In this document: positions 46,670 through 60,099 of the stretch, in pieces
How the letters are laid out: every line of letters begins with the position of its first letter
Position numbering within the stretch: the first letter of the stretch is position 1
DNA from: Raillietiella orientalis
Lineage: Eukaryota
Reading direction: 5' to 3'
NCBI GenBank assembly: GCA_036172245.1
Contig: JAYWIR010000004.1
Coordinates: 1,860,001-1,924,000 of the forward strand
Length of the DNA stretch: 64,000 nt
Translations under genes and position numbers: made by a program
Notes under the pieces: model-generated
The model's database searches: none
The model's input: the letters and a program-made list of their open reading frames with translations, nothing else
What the model was told of the DNA's origin: nothing

Positions 46670-48103
46670 GTCTACTTGGAAGTCTCTTGGAAACTATCAA
46701 GACGAAGAAATAGATGGTTTTCTAATAGCGAATGAGAAGTCACAAAAAGCTTTTTGCGATACATCTGTTTCCTTCTCCAAACTTTGAGCTTTGTATTTGA
46801 GTTTTTCCACGATTGCATTTCTGGGGTGAGCAAACTTTTGAACTCATTTCCCTCCCAAAATATTATGACCGTTCTGAATTCTATTGCCGGTTCCCACTGG
46901 TGCACGACAGCTTTTTAGGTGACGAGGATCTCTGGATTTTATTCGAGTATTTTGCAGTGAATGTGCTTGAGGCGTGATTCAAAACGAAGGTAGAGACATT
47001 CGTTTTGAATCACGAACTCACCAAGAAGCTAAGACTCACCAAGAAGCTAAAAGTGAAACTGAACCAAAAAACTGACTGACTTTCTAATGACTTTTTCGAC
47101 GAATTTTTGGAAAGAGGTTTTAGAAAGTGTCTTCACTTAAGATAAGTTTTGATTGTATTCCTTTTTCAATTACTTATTGAATCCTTAAGTGCAGTGATGA
47201 ACACTGTCATGTATTTCCATTAGTTCTTCTTGCAAACAAGTCACATCCCATCAGTTTTTGTTATGATGCTGCTCACTGCCGAAAATCAGGAAACAGGAAA
47301 AAGTTCCAAGTGCGGTGTGTTTTCCATATTGACCAAATTTCGTGCACGCCAGTTTCGAGATTACAACGAGTGAATTGGTCGTGGCAACTGGTTTTCAAAT
47401 TGTGCCTTTGCTTGCTGGCATTTCTGACTACGAAAATTGAAATTTCTTTGCGGGAAGACACACTCCAATGCCACATGACTGCTCTTATTCAAGTATGGCA
47501 AGCAATGAACGGTCATATTAAATTTCAATCTACAGGCTCATCTCTGCTTTCAAGAAAGCCAGTAGTTCAACTGCTCTTCAACTTTATCATCAGAGTCCTG
47601 CAGCACTGGCAAAAGTTTTTTCCCAGCCATTTATAAATCGAAGCTCGAGCAGTACTGCAAAAATCGAAAAGAAGTTTTTTTTGGTGGATCTGCACCTGCT
47701 TCCGAGAACTTTCAATGCAAATATTTAGTGAACATGCAACAGTCGTACGATTTTATGAACACTGATCGATGATTCAATGTGAATGCTGAATAACTAATTC
47801 CCGTTTTAATTCAGCGCATGTGACATTTATAGAAGTGCATGTGCTACTCTTGATGGAAAAAAGCATGCGTTATTCTGAAGTCCGTCTCCATTGAGGGGTG
47901 TATCCTTTCTTATGATTTTTGACCAAAATGTAGAGCCTATGAAGTGACATTTGGAGGTCACTTTGCTCAGGGTTCTGTAGTGGCGAATAGCTGGGCATCA
48001 TCTGTCTTCCATAGAAAATTTGCAGCTTCAAATGTCGTAATGAAGGCTCTTTGTCGCTTTTAGATAAGGCCGTGTATTTTTTCTTATGGCATACTATGCA
48101 CAA
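46670..48103 (-). mobile_element. Degenerate hAT (ZBED1/ZBED4, Ac-like) transposase relic
   Basis: BED-finger-like CIVCHKK...SLRHLK (47870-48103), a CxAHTLN-like stretch (~47485-47510), HDQFTRCN (cf. DVxTRWNS; 47273-47476), and a dimerisation-domain-like WK...KLF.TSHS..E..F (46672-46905). Confidence 0.5.
47016..47050. repeat. 18-bp-period tandem duplication
   Basis: ACTCACCAAGAAGCTAA G ACTCACCAAGAAGCTAA. Confidence 0.9.
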
Positions 48104-48169
48104 TCAATGTTTCATCGTCCACTTGGGTGCAGTTTTTCCACGTTCTCATCAGCGTGACTATAAGTTTGG

Positions 48170-49400
48170 GGAAAACACTGCGGTTGAGTGCCGAGTCTGT
48201 TTCATGCGAATACGCGAAAAGCATTACTTTGACCACCAAGAAACTTCCAACATGGGTTGTCAAAGTGGGGGATTCCCATCTCGAACATCAAGGCGTGCCT
48301 TTTTACAAGCAGCACAAATGCCTCATCAAGCAGCAAGAAATGATCGAGAGTTCTCTTACGAAGACATCGAAAAGCGACAAAAGAGCGCGGAGGTCCAACG
48401 GGCAAATACGTATCGATGGCCATCACAAAAAAAAAAACGAAACCGACCAGATCTTCATCAGATTAAGAGGAAAAAGGAATGTTCGCAGCACAACGAGCGG
48501 AGTGAAAATTTGCGCAGTTATCTCACATCTCATGTGCGGACTTTTTTTCGGATTTATTCATTATGGAACACACACAGCAGTTCAGAAAAGAAATCAAACA
48601 TGTCGAATCAATTTTAAAGACTGCTGTCTTAAAAGATATGAGCTGTTAGAACGCACTTTTCCATGGTGAATTATTGAACACTATGTCAGCTCTGGTGCCA
48701 GGAGCTGAAGTCCTATGTGATTCCGAATTGGTGGACAACACAACGATAGAGTGTTTCATAGCCAGGTCTTTGTGCGCCCTAGTCGAGTTGAAGCTTTATT
48801 TTATTATTCCATCATCATTTAATCCACGGGGTCTCTCTAACAAAAAAAACACGCACACACAAAAATATGCAGTTTCTTGCAAATTTGCCTCAATGTCAAG
48901 ACGAAAATCTATTGCTTTTTATTTCAGTGGCTAAAAGATAGAGGCATCATTGGACGTAAGTTCCGCTACTTGCTCATCTTCATCATTTCATCTTCAGCTC
49001 TTTAGATCAGATCTTAGTAACAGTTTGAAATTTCATAGCAACTGATGCTGGAGTTGAAATAATGCTTGGCAGTTCATCCTGGAGGAAGTTCAAAAGATCA
49101 CATCTTCTGAAAACAGCAGTCTTTAAAATTGAATTAACCATAAACATTAAGGATAAACGTTCAGATGCAAGCTGGTTCGAATCCTCCTTTTCAGGAAAAC
49201 ATCTTTGTCATGATGAAAAGGAACTGTTTGAGAAATGTGAGTCTCCTCATAAGCATTGAATGTCATGGGCGTAACAAGAGCTTAACATAACGTTTGATTA
49301 GCACAAAATGCTATATATGCTTCTTACGATAATAATGGATGACCGTACTTTGGGTCAATAACCATGCGATGGTCATATGCACGAATATCACACAATTCCC
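48170..49400 (+). mobile_element. Degenerate hAT transposase relic (second BED-finger element)
   Basis: VECRVC...ETSNM...SHLEH (BED-like, with frameshift), IATD-W-like (~49035), TDN-like (~49325) and CxxH-like TGCGATGGTCAT (~49365). Confidence 0.4.
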
Positions 49401-50099
49401 CAAGAAGTCGAAAATCACATGAAAACTTTCCAATCGGTGAAGGAATTCCTAAGCAAAGTGGAACAATAAGGAACTACTGGTAGGACATCTTTCTGCATCT
49501 GCCAAGTATGAAGACATGGGAAATAAATTCTTAATAGCTTATACACATCAGTAAAACAATCGAAGCTGTATAGGCAGAACAATTTACGGGGAGGAAAGTT
49601 TTCTACTAAGAAGCGTCATAGGATTGGTTTCACCAAGGCCGCATTTCGGTCAAAAGAAGGGATAGGTGGTTTCATGGGGAATTCAAATTTATTTGCCTCA
49701 CTGGAAATTACATAAATGACCATCTTATCTGGAAGGCTGAGACATAATTAAGCAGTATATGTGTTTTATTCATCTTTTACACTTGATCGTTACCGTTAAG
49801 AACTGAAGTGCGAAAAGCAGCATCCTGATTAACTTGAAGTTGATTCACGGGCTCGTCTATCCATAGGGATGGATCCTGAATCCTACATAGGTAGGAATAA
49901 ACATGTCTAATGTTGCCAGTCGTGGTGAACGGTTTCTTTCTTTGTAATTTTCTTTCTTGAAGGAGTATACATGTCTGACATCACAGGAAACATGTAGGTT
50001 CTTGCATGGACCTTCTGTTCGTCTTCTTTTGTATACATGTAATGTCATCAGTTTATTTTCTCCACTCCTTTTGATTTTCGTTTCTTCGTCATGATTCAA

Positions 50100-51500
50100 G
50101 CTATTCCTTCAGCAGCTCGATCCCCCTCGTGCTGCTTTTATGTAGTTCGTCAACCAAAGCTATGGAATGATGATACCTCCTACCATAGAATCTTTGACAT
50201 CCCTGTGGTTGCTGACTTGTTTACCCGAACAAGTCGGATGTGCTCGCTTTATAGCTACATCTCATCATGAAAGCTCGTAGCTTATTTTTTTGCAACATAA
50301 AAGAGTCGCGTTCCTTCCTCTCTTTTACATGAGTTGACTTCAGTGTAAACATCATTGATTCCAAGAACTGCAATTTCGTTCTTTTCTAGACACAACAACC
50401 TCTATTTATGACACAGACGCATCAAAGCGAGCAATTCCGCTTACCTCTTATCGAATCTACTGACAAATATTGTATCGACGAGATTCTAATTTTGCAGACA
50501 GTTTAGAACTATCTTTGTAACTTTTGCATTTACTCTCACCAAAGCACTCATCGCTTCGGATTTTCTTGCACTGTATTTTTCATTTCCGTTTGCTGCCTCT
50601 TAGACGGAGATCACTGGTATTCGACAGCAACCGTGTTTTCTGTGAGCTGAAACAGCTTACTCAGAAAAAGTTCGATTTCTAAAATGGGCTTCAGTAAGCA
50701 TATTGTCGATAACGATCTGAGAAAGTGATCAGTCACTTATACCGTCTCTGGGAATTTGTCTTTCGAAGGGGATCACAAAGGGTTCCAGGGAAGACTATAC
50801 CAAAGTTTGTGCATTCGAAGCTCCGTCCAAAGATCTGACGTTTCTGGGGGTGCCTCCATATAAATTTCATAAACAGGATTCTTGCTGCAGTATACGCGAT
50901 CGGGGACGTGACCGTACAACGTAGTGTATTCCACAAAAAATTCTGTTCCCTGTAAAAGACCAAACCAAATCCATAATCAGCTTACGTTCCCTTAACGAAC
51001 GTGTAAACAAAATGTTGGAAATGAAGAAAGTGAGTGCACAGGTATCATGGCGACAAATCGCTTTGGTGCTCACTTTTCCGGTATTACAGCTTCGTTAAAG
51101 GCGCAGACATTCCCTCCAGAAATGTGGTAAATGATAGAGAACTCCTACTTCAGCAGATGACACGCGACCTTCTAAGGGAAGCGCAGTGATTCTGCAAACT
51201 TCTGTCCACTGATTTCCATGCTGATGTCCAGGAATTCTGAATCAAGACCCCACAGTTTGACCCTTCTTTCGCCTGATTGCGATTAACTGCTTCATGAAGA
51301 GATTCGTAGCGAAAGATATTCACCGGCCATCATTAGCAAGAAAATTTTACTGAAGTAAACAAGATTACCGTTTACTTCAGTGAAAGGAGATGGCTGTTTA
51401 CTTTGGCAAACGCAAGGGTGCATTACGGTGCACGGGTTACACCATGCATGCTGCAGGGGCAAAGAAAACACTGTCTCTGGGATGCGAACAGTAAGCATAG
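50100..51500 (-). mobile_element. Degenerate hAT (ZMYM1/P52rIPK-like) transposase relic
   Basis: VYFSKIF... (cf. YFSIxxDE; 51292-51498), a G-GNMS-like stretch (~51105-51120; cf. DGAxNMSG), KAICRHDTCA (cf. AxxxHCxAH), and FIWRHPQKR...LCDP (cf. FFxxSPKR...LCxTRW). Confidence 0.5.
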
Positions 51501-54500
51501 TACGATACTGACATTTTGGACTGTTCTCCTTTTCTGAATTTTCGATTATTTGTGACGTTTACTAAGGAAAAAGAGAGCGCATGTGTCTTTCAAAAGCCTT
51601 GGATCCTTTAACACTTTGAAACTTTCCGGAAAAGGTATGTACGAACAACACTGTCACAGGAAGATGTTCTTCAAGATAAGCAGAAACAAAATCCATCCAA
51701 CTCTAAGCGCCAATGTAATTAGACGAATTTGCGTATATCTGTGAGTTCTGAATTGAGTTTTTGCTATCCGTGAAATTATTTTCCTTTATAAATTTTAGGA
51801 GTGCAACCATAATGCTTTCTTTTTCCTTCTGGATAAGATCCTCCGATGTCACAGATGCAGCACTCCCCGGATATGCTATGGGATCCCAGCTCGGGACCTG
51901 CTTGCGGTTGCTGTCTGTTTCGCCACCCAGAATTCTATAAGGATGAAGAAATGGCTTCAGCCGGAACTCTTCCACCACGTTCGAGTGCGGCACCGAAAAG
52001 TCCATGTTCTCACATGTTTCTCACAATTATTGTTTAATTATCAGAAATTGCCGAATCAGCATAATTCGGTATGTAGCTCTTGAACAATTTTCGACTACAA
52101 TTCCGTCCAGCAGCATTCACCAATCTTCATTTCTCTGTCCTCTGACCCATAGCAGTTCTTCCTCAGACCAAGCCAAGACAAGTGTTAAGCAAAACAATAA
52201 CGCAACACAGCCAACTCGATGTTTGTGCAGTATTCTGACTACTCTTTGGACTCCCGATGCATCTCGTGCATCCGCAACGGCTTCGGTCCCCTAAAAGAGT
52301 AAACCATTTACTGTTGTTTTTAATGATTCCGCATCGAGCATATCTTAAACGCCAGAAATAAGCAAGTGAGCATTATCATCCCTTGATCGAATATTTGGCG
52401 TTCTGCACACCGACTCCATGACCCTACATGGCAAGCGTGCTTGAGTGTATCGAAATGACTTCACAGAGTGGTGCTCTTTAATCTGAAGTGTGGAAATCCA
52501 AGAGTACTCACTAATCTTAAGGTCCTGGATTCTGTTCCATACTTTCGCAGCTTCGGGATTTCGACTCGATTGTCCTTTGGATCAGAGACAGCGGAAAGGC
52601 GACATTTCTGGAAGTATAACATTTCTTAACGACGTTCGAGTCGATGCTAGCCAATCTTGGAGGGAAAACCTGGTTTATTGCTTCAGCCTTGCGGATTAAT
52701 TTCACGCTAAAAGAATATTTAGCAATTGATTCGTCAGTTCATTCAGATCATTGGAGTAGTGTATGATTCCGAAATTAGTCAGCAATCGAGGGAGAGGTCT
52801 TTCTCCTCCTCTGAACGCCTTCTCAAGACAGTCGGGTAGAGTGTTTATCTCGGAGTGTACTCCATCCTGCGCTGGAGGTTTCAATGGTTTGTTGAGCAAG
52901 AGCGTTACCAGTTCAGCCAGAGAAGATACCAATTAAATTATAAACTGAAATTAGAAAGTCAGTTAAAAATGCTAATAAGTCTTGCTCTAACTAAGGACAA
53001 CTTTCCAGGTCTTCATGGAACCATCAAGACATCAGCAGCAAGTGTTTAAGGGATTGTAAAGCATGAATAGTGGCCCTACTGTCTTATGACGGTTTTCCAA
53101 TCCACCCATTTTTCTGTTTTTACAGCAAAGTACATCACTTTTACAGTAGCACTCTTAATCGAGTTTTGTTAATTACTTCTTATAGCTTTTTTGCTTTTTG
53201 TTTCTTTGTTTTTGTTTTTGTTTTTTAAAGCCCTATGTCAATGCCGATGGAATCTCCCAAATTTCCCGAGAGTTCAGGTAGTAACCCAAAATATACATTT
53301 TTTGTTGTTCCCGGGCAGAATAACAGATGTCACTCGTTCACACTGCAGAAATCCGAATGTTAGATTCGTGGAGTGTGCTTTCGAAAAATCATTTGTGGAT
53401 GCTAGGAGGAAACCAACTAACTTTGGCAAAAATCTTTAACAGACACTGAAGTTCAAAAACTTCCCACCTGCATTTATTGATTGAAACTCCAATCATGTCA
53501 AGAAACGTATCTCGCTCATTTTGCTCATCCCTGTTCAGTGCTAGCGGTATTTCCGATTGGATCTGCTTTCAGAAGTTCAGCTGATGGTTAATTTCGAAGT
53601 GGAATCCATCTCTTTCAGGTGATCAGCAGCAATCTCTGTAGGTGCTGAGGAATAAAATAAGTACAGAGTTTCTGTTTCTACAGTCGTCACTGAAGGATTC
53701 ATTACCATTTGTTCGCTTATTCCTATTTCCGGTTAAAACCAATCACACGGTGAACAACTTCAAAGAGGTGAGCGTAGTGACAGCATACCAATCGCTTTTC
53801 TTCAGAGCTCGCAGAACACTAATCTACAGTGTCCTTGAATCAAGCTTGATATTGTACATTCTCAGCGAACCGAAACACAAATGTGGATGTGGGAAAGATT
53901 TGCGATCAAAGAGAGTTGCTTGATTGAAGTTTCTTTGTCCACCGCAGCACCGAGATTTTTTCTCAGCAGAGTCATGTGTGATTCTGCTGGGACCACAAAA
54001 GTTTAGCTGCGTTTAGCCTGATGTTAAAGGCGAGATCACCAAAGGCATTCCATGAAAGGGTGTCAACGATCTCATTTCAAGCCTTTCATGAGTGAAGATG
54101 AATTTCAGACAGATGCTCCAAGAACTTCTGAAGTGGGGGTCGCATGCCGAATTGGTGCTTCTGGGAAGAAATTGATCCGCAAAATGATGCCTTGGAAAAG
54201 TCCTGCGTGCCAGTCGGTATGTGCTGCAAGGTGATGTGACTTCTCAATCTTGAAAGCATCCCAACCAACTTAGGAGACTGGAAACATCTTGTATTCATTT
54301 AGTGAAGAAGAAAAAACTTCCTTATATCTCTCCATTTCCGATTTTTTTCGCCGTGGGCTGAAATACGGAAATCATGACGATAGATTCATCTGGGACGTGG
54401 AATCTCATTCCATTCTCACAGACTTTGTTATCCCAAATATGAGAGCAGGCGGGAGTCAGTGAAATGATGTAGGCGAATCGTCAAAGTAAGGAAGACTCCC

Positions 54501-54629
54501 AGCAGAAGTTTGCCTCAGCGGTTCAGTTTGCTGGAAAATCCCATTCCGCGAGCATCACGAGAAACTGGAAAGATGAAACGGCATCGCAGTGCGTGGATGA
54601 GAAACCCAAACTGCGAACTCTTGTTCGCA

Positions 54630-57600
54630 GTCATCCACGCTTTGGAGAAGAACTCGAGTGCTCGTCGATAAAGCTAAAGATTCTCAAACTCACTTCCGAT
54701 CCCTGAATCAGTCGGTCAACTTCCCGTTGGCCAAAACGCAGCACAAAACAAGAGCAACGAATGGATCCTATGTACGGAATTAAAGCTCCATACAGCTTCC
54801 CCACAGTCCATCGCAGATCTCCGAAGACGAAGATGCTTCCGTCATAGCTGGGAGCAAAGATTCTTCGAGCACCACGAGCATTTTTATTTATAATCAACAA
54901 GAGCCTCAAATAGCTAGCAGCAGCCAACTGTCGATTGCTGCGAAAGTGACTCCCGTATCCTTCCTTCCTTTACATCACGTGTTGAGGATGAATGGGAAGA
55001 CAAAAGGGAAACGCCAGCCTGCTTTTGAATCGGTCACCAATTTCTCTGCGATTTTCATGCTGGCTGATGACGAAAGTCCTTCTAACGCTTGTGCACTACC
55101 GATGGAGCCAGAAAAAAAAATTCAGATTATCGTTTTTTCCTCTTTTAGTTGAGTTTGCTGATCTTGAAAAAGCGAAGGCGAAATTTCCAGAAATAGTCAG
55201 AAGGAATTCTTGAATTCCACAGAAAAGCCTTCCCGACGAAGCACCCAGTAGCAGGTGGAGAATTTTTGCTCTCTCAGTCTCTTCTTGTGTTTGCATTCTC
55301 AAGGAAAGGCCACGCATCCAACGTTCAGAACCCTGCTGTTCCGATTAAGCGATGGCTTCGAATTCTTCGGGTAGCTCAAAACAGACTCATTTCTCGTTTC
55401 TCACAAAGTCCTGACGTTACGGACGACGTGCGCTGCTCGAATTACTTGCTTTCGACAGGGAGGGAAGAGAAGGGGGGGAAATTTGCTTTCGGTTCCTCTG
55501 AAGAGGACGGAGGAATTTCGCGACAGGAGGACACTGCTCGGAAACGTGCTCTTATTCGTCCCGGGATGCTGATGGTGCAAGGCCGCTTCTACGGATGGGA
55601 ATGACTTATAGGTCGAGCCACAGAATGTTTTCCCCGTCGCTCAGCTCACGAAGCGGCGCAACGCACTGAGGAAACTGAACAGAACGAAATGCGCTCAGCG
55701 ACCACGAAACGACCGACTCGATTTTTCTAAAAGAAAGAAAAAGAGACCTTCAGGGTTCGCACTTGCACTTTTGGATTGCAGCCTTCTGGAACGGCAATGG
55801 TTCGTCGAAATGGATGCATCTAGAGACGCAAAGCTCGCCTACCTTATGTCATCCGCAGCAAGCTTCTTCAGGATACCCTGAGAGTGCCCTGCAACAGACC
55901 TTTCTCGTGGAAAATCTCTCACGCAGAACGCGCAAGGTTGACATTCCACTGTTTTGCTGTATGGTCCGGATGCCACGAGTTTTCATAGGCCCAAAAGATA
56001 CTCAGAATGCACGATCGCTGCATCTTTTGCTCAAAACCCAAGCGTGCCCTTGCGAAGGAAGTGGTTCGTGTCAGTCTCATCTTCAGGGTCATTCGGTATT
56101 AGAAGAACCTCATTCTCTTGAGGAGTGACATGTAGCTGATGCGCACGGCCATCATCATTTTAACTCTGCATGACATCACACGTGCGTAATGATAATCATG
56201 AAGTAAAGGAAACTGCATTCATTAATTTTGTCTGCGGGCAGAGTTACATGGCACATGGAAAACTTCGATGATTCGGATCATTTCTTTTTTTTAAAAAAAA
56301 AAAAACAGGTGGCGGCGGTTTTCTTTTCTCTTCCTCCTTCGCTGTTTTTTGTAGATAGAGGTATTGGATGAGATGCCTGTTGCTCCTTCTCCGGCTTCGA
56401 ATCTATGATGACACCTTCACGCTGGAAAATCCAAACGGGGAGCAAACGAGCATCTCTGGAAATCTCCTCTCCCTCTCTGGAACTGCTCTTGATTGTGACC
56501 CATCAACCACCTCCCGTACTGCAAGAGCTGCTCAGAGGAAGCAGTGAAAGCTTCTCGACGCTAGAGGACGTCAAAGTGCCTTGCTGATCTTTCCTGAGGA
56601 TGAGCCGGATTGCCACTTCCCTTTTAAGGGGTTCCTCCTGCCACTTGGAGAGAAGATAGCCGTAAAGTGAACTGGGAAGATGGGTCCAAGGGGATGTCGA
56701 CCTCTCGGCACTGTGCGAACGATGACTACGAGACAACCCTCGTCCGGGCAGGCCTATCTCCGAGAGACCACAGTCTTCGCCCTGTCTGCCACGGGTGCTC
56801 AGCATCTTGATGTTCAGCACCAGAGATGAGTTCTTGCTCACGCTATCTGGGGCAGCGAGAGAACGTGCGTTCCGTGCGTTTTCGGCACGAAACCGAGAAA
56901 CGCCGAGAGAACGCTTGCGAAATGGAGAATTCTCGAAATGTCTTTTGATTTTCGTCAAGAAAAGACGGTCGCTGTCATGAACCGGAAACAGAAATGCGGA
57001 CTGGTTTCTGGATGGCAACGGTCTCGGAGAGTAATCACGGGTGTATTGGGTAACCGCTGTAGGCGAACGAACGAGAATTTCTTTGCTCATAACACGTCTC
57101 TGGGCTGATTGGCTTTTGCCATCTGCTGCACACGAACCCTATACTCTAAAACTTCGAAGCAGCGTTAGGTGGATGAGGAAACACCGCACATTCCGTCTAA
57201 AAGCAGGCATCAGCGAGCACTGCTCAAGTTTTTCAGTGCCAGCGAGCACGCAATTCTCTCTCCGAGGAGTCTCCTGGCACAAAGGAGTTCTCAGGCCTTT
57301 TCCCGCCCTGGAAGCGTGGGGTTCTGGTCTCCCGGGAAACCTACAGGATCATTGCAGGTGCGATTTACTCGATCGTGGCTTATGACCTTTCCTTCCGTAG
57401 CTACCAAGGCAGCAAAAGCTTGGAAAGGAAGCTTGTCTGTGGAGAATCCAGTCGACTTCCAGTAAGTGGTAGAAGGAATGCCGACCATTTGCCGGTGGAC
57501 GTAGCAAATGTCCTCTGCAACTCGGAAAGGAAACATTTTAGTAGCATCTAGGAAAGCAATCACCTAATTGGTTTACTGGCGAACGTGTATCGATTACCTA

Positions 57601-58260
57601 ATCGTCACACGTTTGCTTAGAAATCCGTCCGTTGCCAAGTTTAGGATTCGTGGAGCTTCTGGTGTTCGACTGGAACCTCCGAATCTTTCCTGTGTCTTCT
57701 CGAGAATCCCTGTTGAAGGCTTCCATAGGAATTGGTCCGCTATGGGAGGAGCATTTCGTTCTTGCTCTCTTCGTTCTTTCTGCTCGTGAGCTCTCACAGG
57801 TACATCAGCTCGGATGCAAGAACGATCTGTGCCTCTGGACATCGGCTTCACCGGGATGAAAGTTCGAAACGTGGAAGCCTCTGTAGCGCTCCTCCTCTTC
57901 CAGAACCCTTCGGAGCTGCCGTGGAAAGAACTCTTGCAATGTGCTCTTCTCCTACGCTAGCTGACCGAGGCTCCTAAGTGGTCAAGAAATCGGCTCTCTC
58001 GAAGTTACGGAACTCCAAGTTTGCAAATGGATGATTCCGTGACACCTCTCCCCCTCTTTCACCCCGAGGTCGGACTCTCCGTGAGCCGAATTTGTCCAAA
58101 CTCCTCCTTCTGCAACACGTGTATTCTGAAGAACTCTCATTCTAGCAACTGTCCAGCACCAGCAAACGCCGCTACCATGTCACGAGCTCACCACTCTTTG
58201 CGATCTTTCGGTGGAAAGAAACGCTCGCTCAGCAGGACGACCGTTTGCGTCCCATGAGAA
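54630..58260 (-). mobile_element. Degenerate DIRS1-like retrotransposon (second copy, opposite strand)
   Basis: FFPPKDRKEW (~58200), FGGSSRTPEAPRI (57594-57851), IAFLDAT...GF...VGFPG (cf. YLDD...GF...FLG; 57291-57563), LYGY (~56660), and recombinase-like YLRL...RRIFAPSY...SIRCS (54631-54927). Confidence 0.5.
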
Positions 58261-59756
58261 CCCACTGGCACTTGGCTACGTTGACGACGTGGGAAAAAGT
58301 GTAACAAATCCTCTCGGGAGGAAGGTTGGTGTTCCCGAGAATCGAGGTCTACCGTCAGTGCAAAACATCTGGCTTTTCCGGCAGCGCCAGTCTTCCACGC
58401 CTCCAGGACCTTTGTGCCAAGTGTGCTATTACGCAGCGCCCCCCTTGATGCCAGCTTCCGGACACTCCGGGATGGCCACCTTTGCAAACGCCTTCTTCGT
58501 GTCGGGAAGATTCTCGGCGCTGTCCCGAAGGCGGACTTTTATTGGGTGAAAGGACTGTGACCTGCATCCCGTGAATCGAAAGGCGCACCACCATCGGGAG
58601 GACAATGGTGGTGTCCCCTTGCGGCTGGTAAAAGCTATTCATGATGCCGAGACGCGGCTTATGAGTTTGCCGAGGACGGAGCCGCCGGGCTACATGCAAG
58701 AGCGGGTCCAGAAGATCGCACACACTGCGCCTATCCCTCTTCGAGGCCGCGGGGCGTGTCATCTTCGTTTTCGAGGACGGGAGGCGATTCCCGGCGCGTG
58801 CGGGCGAACACAATGAGGACGACAAACGTCTGCGTAATCTCTTCGTGGATTGGCGAGCGCAGCAGCACTGGATTAGAAAAGGAAAGGAAGCAACAACAAA
58901 GAGGACTCTGCTTTCTCTCAGCGCGCGCGCTTGTTTATGTTTTCCAGGAGGAGGGCGCGCGGCCCGCGGGAGCGAAGGAGAAGGGGGGAGGGAGGGGAAG
59001 GAACTCGTGGTTGATTCCTTCCGATCTCTTTCTCTTCCTTTTCAGAAGGAAATTTCCCCGAAGTGAGCGCACGGAGCGTGATGGATACGCTTCCACCCCC
59101 CTCCCCCCTCTGTCCCCCTCCCCCTCCTGAGAAAGTCGTCTGGATCGCAAGTCTTCATTTCCTGCCTTCGAACGGGGGAGACTGACGGGCTCGCCTGCTT
59201 AATGGCAGTTCCACCTGGAATCCAAGTGGCAAGGAGCGCGCGCGGAAGCGGCGGTTGGTTCGGCTGCACAATTACGGAGGATCCGCAGCTGCCTCGCGCG
59301 CGCTCTGCAAAGTGCATAAAATAAATGGTTCGCGTATGGTGGGACCGTCTCGGGCTGGGCGCGTGCCAAGAAGCGATTCCTCTGCGGTCAAAGTGTCTAT
59401 ATTTAGGCGCAAAGGCGCTCAGACCCTTCATTGGGGAATTCGGATGCATGAACGCTCGCTTTCTTGCAGCGATGCACATTAATGTGGGCAAGTATGTGTG
59501 ATGAATGAGGATTCCAGATAGGGTAGTGAGGCGCGGGATCTCCGGGAAGGAGGCGACGGCTCTCCTGGCAGCGTGCCGGAACGGAGAAAGCGACTCCGCC
59601 GGTTTCCCATGTGTTCGAGGAGGAGGGAGGGTGGCTTGAGTTCGTCTGGATTGATCTGTCGAAGATTTATGCGTTCGTTTATGCATTCCGAAAGTTGATC
59701 TATTTTAAAACGTGGTCCTCCGGGGCATGTGCTTCTGCTCACCCCCACCCCCCCTT

Positions 59757-59780
59757 CACACACACACACACACACACACA
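59757..59780. repeat. (CA)12 microsatellite
   Basis: Direct reading of the sequence. Confidence 0.95.
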
Positions 59781-60099
59781 CCCTTCCTCCTCCCTCCTGC
59801 AACTAAACGCCTCCCGTAAATTAGCTTCCAAAGGTTGCCTGGTCCCCGAATAAACAGGAGCAACCTTAATCCGGCTCGCATCATCCGTTCCTTGTTCCGG
59901 GTGGGTGGCAGCTCAGGCGAGCCATGCGCGTCGCCCCGCTAGCTCATGCTCGGTAGGTCAGTTTCGAAGACATGCGTCCTGGGAGACGGGGGGGATCATC
60001 AAGAGTTTTACTCTCCTTAGACTTCAGCTAGCAGCACGCACCATCTTGGGGCTTCTTGTCTCTTTTTTTTTTCTTTTTTCTTTTCTGGTGTCGAGCAGG

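Noticed and set aside
58355..58825. 156-aa ORF as a possible host exon
   Set aside because: No recognisable homology or convincing splice-site pair, and it lies next to the DIRS-like relic.
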